53,085 nt of DNA, from the NCBI GenBank assembly GCA_964433905.1, contig CAYSSM010000003.1, positions 1-53,085 on the forward strand, written 5' to 3'. Shown piece by piece: positions 41,027-48,042 of the stretch (its first letter is position 1; each line of letters opens with the position of its first letter). The notes beneath the pieces were generated by a model. That model saw only the letters and a program-made list of their open reading frames with translations. It searched no databases and had not been told where the DNA came from. The stretch comes from an uncultured Candidatus Saccharibacteria bacterium (GTDB taxonomy: Bacteria > Patescibacteriota > UBA1384 > UBA12157 > JAENIV01). Position numbers and translations under genes: made by a program.

Positions 41027-42496
41027 TTAGAAACTCAATTTCCCAAACAAATAATTTTTTAGCTCTTTGATTTCGATGCGATCCTGTTTCATGGAATCGC
41101 GGTCGCGGACGGTGACTTTTTTATCTTCTAAGCTATCAAAATCAAAAGTGACGCAGAAGGGTGTGCCGATTTCATCCTGGCGGCGATAGCGCCGGCCGAT
41201 ACTACCTGATTCATCAAACTCGATGTCGCCCCAGCACGATTTTAGATCGTCATAAACTGCGCGGGCATCTTTGGATAATTTCTTGACCAGAGGCAGAACA
41301 GCAATTTTAACAGGTGCCAGTTTTGGGAGAAAATGTAGAACTATTTCGAGGGTGTCATTCTGACTCGGAGAGGAAGAATCTGGCAGTTTATCTGCCAATC
41401 CCGCATTCGCGGGAGATCCTTCGCTTTGCTCAGGATGACTATCTTGACGACCATCAGGAACTTCTTCAAACGCATCACAGATAATCGCCAGCATTAAGCG
41501 TTCAATACCCATAGTTGGCTCGATAACATAGGGAATATATTTTTCCTTGGATTGTTCGTCGAAGCATGATAAACCTTTGCCCGATGATTTTTGATGCGAT
41601 TTCAAATCAAAATCGGTGCGGTTGGCACAGCCCGTCAACTCTTTCCAACCGAAAGGATAATTGTATTGAATATCTACGGTTCTTTTAGAATAGTGCGACA
41701 AGCCTTCTTTAGGATGTTCGTATTGTTTGATATTTTCCTTTTTAATACCAAGCCCTAAAACAAAATCTTCCCAATTTTTCAGCCACTCGTCAAAGAATTT
41801 TTCGTCGTCGCCTGCCTGCCCTGAGCTTGTCGAAGGGGGTTTTACAAAATATTCAATTTCGGCGATTTCAAATTCACGGACACGGAATAAAAAGTCTTTG
41901 GTATTAATTTCATTGCGGAAACTTTTGCCCATCTGCGCGATGCCAAAAGGAACTTTCTTGCGCGAGGTTTCCATCACCTGTTTAAAATTAACAAACATCC
42001 CCTGCGCCGTTTCGGGCCGCAAGTAAGTCATCGATTTTTCATCTTCGATTACCCCGACATGGGTTTTGAACATTGGATTAAATTTCTTCGGTTCTGTAAA
42101 CTCATGTTCTCCCCCATTTGGACATTTGATATTTGAGCTTTGTTTGATATTTGGATTTTGAGTTTTGGAATTTTCTTCTTGCGATATTTCATCGATTCTA
42201 AATCTCTGATGGCACTTGCGACACTCGACCATCTCATCTACAAAATTACCTTCATGGCCGCTGGCCTGCCAAACTTTGCGGTTCATTAAAATCGCCGATT
42301 CAATGCCGACAACATCATCGCGGTCTTCAACAAAAGTCTTCCACCAAAGTTTTTTGATATTATTTTTGAGCGCTAATCCGTAAGGTCCAAAATCGTAAAT
42401 CCCAGAGAGTCCGCCATAGATTTCACTGTCGGGAAAAATGAATCCCCGCCTCTTTGCCCAACTGACAATTTTTTCCAAATTTTTCTCATTTGACAT
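41027..42496 (-). CDS. glyQS: Glycine--tRNA ligase (homodimeric class II type) carrying three repeat-derived in-frame insertions
   Basis: ORF 41027..42523 trimmed to MSNEKNLEKIVSWAKRRGFIFPDSEIYGG. Class II motifs (..YLRPETAQG.., ..FRNEI.., ..EPTMGIERL..) and a C-terminal anticodon-binding domain. Confidence 0.9.
   Translation of the reverse strand: MSNEKNLEKIVSWAKRRGFIFPDSEIYGGLSGIYDFGPYGLALKNNIKKLWWKTFVEDRDDVVGIESAILMNRKVWQASGHEGNFVDEMVECRKCHQRFRIDEISQEENSKTQNPNIKQSSNIKCPNGGEHEFTEPKKFNPMFKTHVGVIEDEKSMTYLRPETAQGMFVNFKQVMETSRKKVPFGIAQMGKSFRNEINTKDFLFRVREFEIAEIEYFVKPPSTSSGQAGDDEKFFDEWLKNWEDFVLGLGIKKENIKQYEHPKEGLSHYSKRTVDIQYNYPFGWKELTGCANRTDFDLKSHQKSSGKGLSCFDEQSKEKYIPYVIEPTMGIERLMLAIICDAFEEVPDGRQDSHPEQSEGSPANAGLADKLPDSSSPSQNDTLEIVLHFLPKLAPVKIAVLPLVKKLSKDARAVYDDLKSCWGDIEFDESGSIGRRYRRQDEIGTPFCVTFDFDSLEDKKVTVRDRDSMKQDRIEIKELKNYLFGKLSF
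41354..41439. repeat. Family M inverted-repeat element inserted in frame in glyQS
   Basis: Arms GTCATTCTGACTCGGAGAGGAAGAATCT and AGATCCTTCGCTTTGCTCAGGATGAC. Internal hairpins GGCAG..CTGCC and CCCGC..GCGGG. Encodes ..QDSHPEQSEGSPANAGLADKLPDSSSPSQND.. Confidence 0.65.
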
Positions 42497-42529
42497 ATTA
42501 TTTCCTTGTCTTAAATATATCATTTTTCC

Positions 42530-42570
42530 CCTAAAAAGAAAACACCCTCGGGCCGAAACCCGAGGGGTGC
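42530..42570 (-). terminator. Rho-independent terminator of the GC-rich orphan gene
   Basis: Minus strand CACCCCTCGGG-tttcgg-CCCGAGGGTG-TTTTCTTTTT. Confidence 0.7.
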
Positions 42571-42596
42571 CATGTTTGAGTAAACTGACCGAAGCG

Positions 42597-43082
42597 CTAC
42601 TTGCCGGCCTCGCTACCTTCGGTGTCGAGACGAACGCGGACTACCCGGCAGAAGGGGAACCAGTCGCCGATAAGTGAATCGAGATACAGAATCCACTTAC
42701 CAACATAGTGTGCGCAAACGATGGCTTGATAACCGCGTGAGCACCCGCCAACTTTGCCGCCCGGCCAGACAGTGCCTGTAAAAACCAGTGTGAGTCCACG
42801 CCACTCGACAGGGATACCGTCTTCCTGCTCAAGCATGCGCTCGGCGTAAGACAAACCGGTCGGACCGCCGGGCATTTCCTTCACCCGATCCATCATTTCC
42901 GTCTTCTTAACGTAAGTCTCCCCGTCAGCCTGGATCCTCTCTAAAAACAGCGTTGGCTGGCCGACAACTGGACCAATGTCAGATATCAACCCTTTGCGCA
43001 TCAGCAGCTCCGCTTCTGTCAAATCCCTGGACGGAGTCTCCCGCAAGACCATTTCAGGCAAGGACTGTGTACCCGTCATCAT
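42597..43082 (-). CDS. Hypothetical cytoplasmic protein, GC-rich orphan (likely horizontally acquired)
   Basis: 161 aa. AAGGAG SD 10 nt upstream of ATGATG. Composition visibly GC-rich relative to neighbours. No signal peptide and no recognisable motif. Confidence 0.6.
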   Translation of the reverse strand: MMTGTQSLPEMVLRETPSRDLTEAELLMRKGLISDIGPVVGQPTLFLERIQADGETYVKKTEMMDRVKEMPGGPTGLSYAERMLEQEDGIPVEWRGLTLVFTGTVWPGGKVGGCSRGYQAIVCAHYVGKWILYLDSLIGDWFPFCRVVRVRLDTEGSEAGK

Positions 43083-43136
43083 CGCTATCGCTCCTTTTCA
43101 ACCGCAAACGCGGTGTATTCTCTCTTCCAACACTAA

Positions 43137-43165
43137 AATATAGCATAATTATGTCATAGAATCAA
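43137..43165 (-). promoter_or_regulatory. Candidate promoter of the GC-rich orphan gene
   Basis: Minus strand TTGATT-N17-TATATT. The leader contains hairpin ACCGC-aaac-GCGGT. Confidence 0.5.
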
Positions 43166-43293
43166 GATCATATTATCGTTTTTTTAGTTCGGATTTATCT
43201 TTTGAAGATTCTTGGTATCTCGGCCGGGATGCGGACGACTATTTCATATTTTCATTTTATCAATAATGTTGCCGAGAACCAAACAAAACCTTA

Positions 43294-44055
43294 GAACCTC
43301 TTCCGCACCTGGCAGGTGCGGAAAATGGTTAGGAATGTTATACTAGAGTTAAGATGAGAAAAAATCCCTTGGCAAATGGAGAAGTATATCATGTTTTTAC
43401 TAGAAGCATTGCTGACTTTAAGATTTTTAATGATGCTTTAGAGTATGATCGAATATTACAACTTATTAGGTATTATCAAGTGAAAAATAAATCAAAATTC
43501 TCAGATTTTATTGATTCAAGCATTGTCCATCAGATTGGGTTCGATGCGGCGCTGGAAACGGTTTCGAAAAATAATAATCCCCTGGTACAAATAATCGCCT
43601 ATTGTTTGATGCCGACACATATCCATCTGATACTAAAACAACTAACTGACAAAGGCATCTCTATTTATATGAGCAATATTCTCAATGGCTATACAAGATA
43701 TTTCAATATCAAACACCAAAGAAAAGGACCATTATGGGAAAGTGAATTTAAAAATGTCTTAGTAAAGGATGATGAACAACTACTACATTTGACGAGGTAT
43801 CTTCATCTTAACCCCACGACTGCCGACCTTATTAAGAAACCGGAAGATTGGGTATTTTCATCGTATAAAGAGTACCTTTCTCAAACCGAGTCCGATATTT
43901 GTGAATTTGAAGGTATCTTGGAAATTAATCATTCAATATATCGTAAGTTCGTCAATGATAGAATTGCCTACCAAAGAGAACTCGCTAAAATTAAAAGTTT
44001 GATATTAGACTGAACCTTATTCCGCACCTGGCAGGTGCGGTAGATGGTTAGGAAT
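43294..44055 (+). mobile_element. IS200/IS605-like (RAYT-type) unit: Y1 HUH transposase gene flanked by near-identical hairpin repeats
   Basis: A ~43-nt direct repeat at 43294-43336 and 44012-44055 contains hairpin TTCCGCACC-tggca-GGTGCGGAA followed by (A/T)A(A/G)ATGGTTAGGAAT. The right copy overlaps the alr stop codon. Confidence 0.55.
43354..44013 (+). CDS. Y1 (HUH) transposase, IS200-like / REP-associated tyrosine transposase family
   Basis: 219 aa. HUH motif CLMPTHIHLIL and catalytic-Tyr region LTRYLHLNP. Confidence 0.75.
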   Translation: MRKNPLANGEVYHVFTRSIADFKIFNDALEYDRILQLIRYYQVKNKSKFSDFIDSSIVHQIGFDAALETVSKNNNPLVQIIAYCLMPTHIHLILKQLTDKGISIYMSNILNGYTRYFNIKHQRKGPLWESEFKNVLVKDDEQLLHLTRYLHLNPTTADLIKKPEDWVFSSYKEYLSQTESDICEFEGILEINHSIYRKFVNDRIAYQRELAKIKSLILD

Positions 44056-45133
44056 TATAGATTCTGGGGATTTCGGCAGGAATACGGGCGACAATTTCGT
44101 AAGGGATCGTATCGATTTTTTGAGCAAGTTCAAAAGCCGTCATTTCTTCTTTGCCCGATTTTCCAATTAGAACCACTTCATCACCTATTTTGATATTCGA
44201 AAGTTTACTGACATCGATAATTGTTAAGTTCATACAAACACGACCGATAACCGGACAGCGTTTGCCGGCAACTATAACTTTACCCCGATTTGAAAGATTT
44301 CTACCATAACCATCGGCATAGCCCACGGCAATAGTGGCGATTTTCATATCGCGCGGCGCGCGGAAGGTTAAGGAATAACCAACATAATCACCTTTTTTGA
44401 TATTTTTGATTTGGACGATTTTGGTCTTAAAACTCAAAGCCGGTTTCAGTCCTTTTATCGGCGTAATGCCGTATGTTGCCAAGCCAGGCCGAACCATATC
44501 AAAAAAAGTTTCTTTGTCAGTTAACGCATCCGATCTTGAAAAGTGAATCTTCGGACGCGGCAGTTTTTCTTTTTCGATATCATTTAAAATATCGCTTAAT
44601 ACCTTCATTTGATAGTTTCTATAATCAGAATTTGCCACATCAGCAAAGTGAGAGTAGATATATTCAATTTCCAAACAATCATCTTTTAAAAGTTTTTTAT
44701 AAGCATAAATGAAATCTTCGGGCATAAATCCCAAGCGGTGCATACCGGAATCAAGCTTAAGATGAACTTTGGCTTTTTTATTTAATTTCTGACAGATTTT
44801 TTTAATTTCGACCGCCTCTTTAAGATCGTAAATCGATAAAGTAATATTATTTTTAATTGCTTCTTCGATTTCAGATTTATCAATGTAACCGATAATTAAA
44901 ATCGGTAGTTTTATTTTGTTGTTCCTTAACTGCATCGCTTCATTAAAAGTAGCGACAGCAAGATAATCAACTTTTTCCAGTTGGAGGATCTTAGAAATCT
45001 CAATTGCGCCGTGACCGTAAGCGTTAGCTTTAACCACTGGCATTAATTTTATTTTTGGCCAGTCAATTAATTTTTTTATAGTTTTAATATTGTATCGAAT
45101 GGCGTTTAAATCAATTTCAACCCAATTATTCAT
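44048..45133 (-). CDS. alr: Alanine racemase
   Basis: 361 aa. PLP-Lys motif VVKANAYGHG and C-terminal beta domain with GRVCMN. Confidence 0.92.
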   Translation of the reverse strand: MNNWVEIDLNAIRYNIKTIKKLIDWPKIKLMPVVKANAYGHGAIEISKILQLEKVDYLAVATFNEAMQLRNNKIKLPILIIGYIDKSEIEEAIKNNITLSIYDLKEAVEIKKICQKLNKKAKVHLKLDSGMHRLGFMPEDFIYAYKKLLKDDCLEIEYIYSHFADVANSDYRNYQMKVLSDILNDIEKEKLPRPKIHFSRSDALTDKETFFDMVRPGLATYGITPIKGLKPALSFKTKIVQIKNIKKGDYVGYSLTFRAPRDMKIATIAVGYADGYGRNLSNRGKVIVAGKRCPVIGRVCMNLTIIDVSKLSNIKIGDEVVLIGKSGKEEMTAFELAQKIDTIPYEIVARIPAEIPRIYNS

Positions 45134-45854
45134 ACAAATATCCTTCCGATTTTAATTCTTTGCCACTAGTATGTTTTAAATATCCCCGGGTGATCTGCCT
45201 AATTTCTTTGGATAAATTATTTTCGGTTTTTAATTTATCGATAACAGAAATTCTGTGTTGTAAAAATAACCGTAAAACTTTGATCGCTTCGCTGGAAATG
45301 GAATGTCCGATATCGTGGCGGCAATTTTTACACATCAATCCCCCACTTTCGAAACTAAAAAAATTGCCGGCTTCTTCTAACTTTTTACTGCAGGAAATAC
45401 ATTTATTAAGTTCTGGATGAAAACCAGTTTCTGCTAAAAAATTAAATTCAAAATAAGAGATTAATAAATCGTTTTTTTTTCCATCCAGATGTTCTAATGA
45501 ATTTTCCAATAGCTCAAAAATTTCTTTATGTGGCTCACGATCTTCCGTCAATTTATCAATAATTTCGGCAAAATAAAATGCTGTTTGAGTGGCTTTTAAG
45601 TTACCGCGCAGATTCTTAAAACATTTAGTCGTAACCGCACCCGCCACCGTATCCAACGATCTTCCTTCGACCAAAAGAAGATCATCAACGCAAAATAATT
45701 CAAGATAGCCGGCGAGCTTGCTCAAAGTTTTCCGGACGCCGCGAGCGACGGCTTTTATTTTTCCCAAATCGAAAGTTAAGATCGTTAGAATTCTGTCAGC
45801 TTCACCCAAATTAGATCGTTTAATAATTATGCCGTGGCATTTAAATGTTGCCAT
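45126..45854 (-). CDS. recO: DNA repair protein RecO
   Basis: 242 aa. OB-fold N-domain (GIIIKRSNLGEADRIL) and zinc motif CISC..CKNC. Confidence 0.88.
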   Translation of the reverse strand: MATFKCHGIIIKRSNLGEADRILTILTFDLGKIKAVARGVRKTLSKLAGYLELFCVDDLLLVEGRSLDTVAGAVTTKCFKNLRGNLKATQTAFYFAEIIDKLTEDREPHKEIFELLENSLEHLDGKKNDLLISYFEFNFLAETGFHPELNKCISCSKKLEEAGNFFSFESGGLMCKNCRHDIGHSISSEAIKVLRLFLQHRISVIDKLKTENNLSKEIRQITRGYLKHTSGKELKSEGYLYE

Positions 45855-46608
45855 TTCTCTTCTTTAATACTTTTTCTGCTTGTTTAAGCTGGTCGGGCGT
45901 ATTAATTCCTAATGCTTCTTCCTCATCGGAAACTGGGATTGCAAGGATTTTTTTACCTTGATTACAGGCAATTTCAACAATATCAGTTAAATAAAATTCT
46001 CCTTGAGAATTTTTTTTCTCAATCTTTTTGCCATTTTCCCAAAACCAATCAGCATTAATAATATAAAAGCCGGGATTAGATTCTTTGATTTTTAATTGCT
46101 CCGGCGTGCAGTCTTTTTGTTCTGTAATACCGATAACTTCGTTTTTTTTATTTCTGATAATACGGCCAAAAGCCCAGAATTCCGGATCTTCAAAATTTAC
46201 CGAAAGCATGGCGATGGTTGGTCTTTCTTTTTCATATAGATCTATAAGTTTTTTAATTGTTTCCGTTTTATACAATGGATTATCGCCATAAAAAACAATA
46301 ATAGATTCGGTTTTGCCTTTGAGTACGCTTGCCGCCTGCGTAGTGGCATGACCCGTACCAAGCTGTTTTTCTTGAACCACATATTCGACATCTTTTCCCA
46401 TATAATTCTCAACTAATTCTTTTTTGTAGCCGACAACCAAAACCACTTTTAAAATACCGGCACCTTTAATGGCTTTTACCGAATGCCAAACAATAGGTTT
46501 TCCTAACATTTCAAACATTACTTTAGGAATAGGACTAGCTTTACCTTCATTCATTCTTGTCCCCTTACCCGCCACTAAAATTATCGCCGCATATTTTTCT
46601 TGTTTCAT
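45841..46608 (-). CDS. Sugar-phosphate nucleotidyltransferase (GlmU N-terminal-domain-like, no acetyltransferase LbH domain)
   Basis: 255 aa. LVAGKGTRM and QLGTGHA motifs. Confidence 0.8.
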   Translation of the reverse strand: MKQEKYAAIILVAGKGTRMNEGKASPIPKVMFEMLGKPIVWHSVKAIKGAGILKVVLVVGYKKELVENYMGKDVEYVVQEKQLGTGHATTQAASVLKGKTESIIVFYGDNPLYKTETIKKLIDLYEKERPTIAMLSVNFEDPEFWAFGRIIRNKKNEVIGITEQKDCTPEQLKIKESNPGFYIINADWFWENGKKIEKKNSQGEFYLTDIVEIACNQGKKILAIPVSDEEEALGINTPDQLKQAEKVLKKRNGNI

Positions 46609-46678
46609 TTAATACTCCTTTAAGATTATTTTAACAGATATGAGACAAATGGTAAACCCCATAATTAACACTAACTCC

Positions 46679-46720
46679 TTGACAAAAGTATTTGACAAGA
46701 AAATATATCCCGTGATACTT
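46679..46720 (+). promoter_or_regulatory. Tandem candidate promoters for the beta-barrel gene
   Basis: TTGACA (46679) and TTGACA (46692)-N17-ATACTT. The ~90-nt leader has hairpins TTTGATG..CATCAAA and GTTGGGTTT..AAACCCAAAC. Confidence 0.4.
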
Positions 46721-46812
46721 TGATGTTGGGTTTAATCTATCAGTCATCAAAAGAAGGGGGAAGAAAAAACGACTGCAAACCCAAACAACGCTGATCCATA
46801 GGAGGGACTGTT

Positions 46813-47367
46813 TTGCAAAACAGGAATGTTGTGTTGACCGGTCTGATGCTCGTCTGTATGGTGTTGATTTTCTCCGCCACCGCGTTCGCGGCCGGCAACG
46901 AAGTGGGCGTCGGCATCTATTCGTCGTCCGGAGACTTGGGCTATGGCACGAAGCTCGATGCCCAAACCACGCTTGGCCACCTCAAGAACCTCGACATCGT
47001 CGCCGATTACGCTCATGTCTGGGGCCTCGACGACAGTGCCACGGCCACCAATGGCAACCTCTGGGCGACCGCTGAACTCAAGGCCAAGGCTGATTATCTC
47101 GGCGTCGGAGTTCGGAAGTCCAATGGACGTCTCAATGCCAGTGTGACCATCGGCGCGGCGCGATCTGCTGCCAGAGCGACTGTCACTGTCGGCAACCAGT
47201 ATGGCGCTATCGCCTCCGCCAGCGCAAGCGATAGCACGACCAAGTTTGCCTGGCAGCCCAAGCTCAGCTACGAATTGGGCAGCAATGTCTCACTGACTGC
47301 CTCGTACCTGGGCACCGGCACCAAGGCCACCAGCGGCTACAACCTCGGAGTAGCCTACCGCTTCTAG
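46813..47367 (+). CDS. Exported 8-strand-type outer-membrane-protein-like beta-barrel (OMP_b-brl/OmpA-TM-like)
   Basis: 184 aa. TTG start 7 nt after GGAGG. Signal peptide ..FSATAFA|AGNE. Alternating hydrophobic beta-strand pattern. C-terminal ..YNLGVAYRF (terminal Phe beta-signal). GC-rich. Confidence 0.7.
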   Translation: MQNRNVVLTGLMLVCMVLIFSATAFAAGNEVGVGIYSSSGDLGYGTKLDAQTTLGHLKNLDIVADYAHVWGLDDSATATNGNLWATAELKAKADYLGVGVRKSNGRLNASVTIGAARSAARATVTVGNQYGAIASASASDSTTKFAWQPKLSYELGSNVSLTASYLGTGTKATSGYNLGVAYRF

Positions 47368-47403
47368 AAACCGGGACATCCGCCGGCAGATGTCTCACAT
47401 CTT

Positions 47404-47443
47404 CCCCTCCTCAAAGTATCGAGGAGGGGATCTTTTTATTTTA
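47404..47443 (+). terminator. Rho-independent terminator after the beta-barrel gene
   Basis: CCCCTCCTC-aaagtat-c-GAGGAGGGG-atCTTTTTATTTT. Confidence 0.7.
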
Positions 47444-47473
47444 TTGACAAATGCATTTTCATGATTGTATAAT
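47444..47473 (+). promoter_or_regulatory. Candidate promoter for the small exported protein gene
   Basis: TTGACA-N18-TATAAT. GGGAG SD 8 nt before the ATG at 47511. Confidence 0.55.
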
Positions 47474-47510
47474 ATTCTTGGAAAGAATACTAAAAAAGGG
47501 AGAACCATCG

Positions 47511-47897
47511 ATGAGAATGATTGCGGTCGTTGTGGTTGTAATTCTGATAGGAATGGTCACCGCATGGGGAGAGCTAACCAAAATTCCAACCCCTTCTCGA
47601 GGAGTAATCGCTCAACCTTTGATATTCGAACCGCTCGACTACTCGACTCCTGGATATGGGAGTGTTGGCACTGGAGTTGCCACTGGTCTTTCTCGTTTCA
47701 CTTGGCCTCGTTTTGAGATAGTGGAAGACCTCACCAACCCCTCTCAAGTATTGGCTGAACGCTCAGTCATCAACAATCCCAGTTTCCTTGATAGAGGTTT
47801 TCTCAACCAAACACCATCGGTGACCCGAGGACCATTTACCAACATCTCCTCACTTTTTACTGAAATCAAGGTAACGCCTATGGGCGCTGCCAAATAG
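47511..47897 (+). CDS. Hypothetical small exported/membrane-anchored protein
   Basis: ORF 47451..47897 trimmed to MRMIAVVVVVILIGMVTAWG|ELTK.. (the SD-supported ATG). 128 aa, no lipobox, no prepilin motif, no recognisable family. Confidence 0.55.
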   Translation: MRMIAVVVVVILIGMVTAWGELTKIPTPSRGVIAQPLIFEPLDYSTPGYGSVGTGVATGLSRFTWPRFEIVEDLTNPSQVLAERSVINNPSFLDRGFLNQTPSVTRGPFTNISSLFTEIKVTPMGAAK

Positions 47898-47920
47898 ACC
47901 CAAATTCTTTCCACCCATTT

Positions 47921-47960
47921 GCCGGGACTTAAAACTTATTAGGCCCCGGTCTTTTTTTTT
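47921..47960 (+). terminator. Possible terminator after the small exported protein gene
   Basis: Short stem GCCGGG..CCCGGT followed by T9. Confidence 0.4.
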
Positions 47961-47972
47961 GACTAAAAATAG

Positions 47973-48002
47973 TTGACAAAAATCATATAATGATGATATT
48001 AT
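47973..48002 (+). promoter_or_regulatory. Candidate promoter for the secretin gene
   Basis: TTGACA-N18-TATTAT. AAGGAGG SD 9 nt before the ATG at 48043. Confidence 0.45.
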
Positions 48003-48042
48003 ATAGTGTCGCTCAAATTAGAGCGCAAGGAGGTTCCACAAA

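Noticed and set aside
42438-43159. ORFs 42438..42677(+), 42641..42832(-) and 42953..43159(+)
   Set aside because: These are phantom ORFs typical of GC-rich DNA, overlapping the SD- and terminator-supported 161-aa gene.
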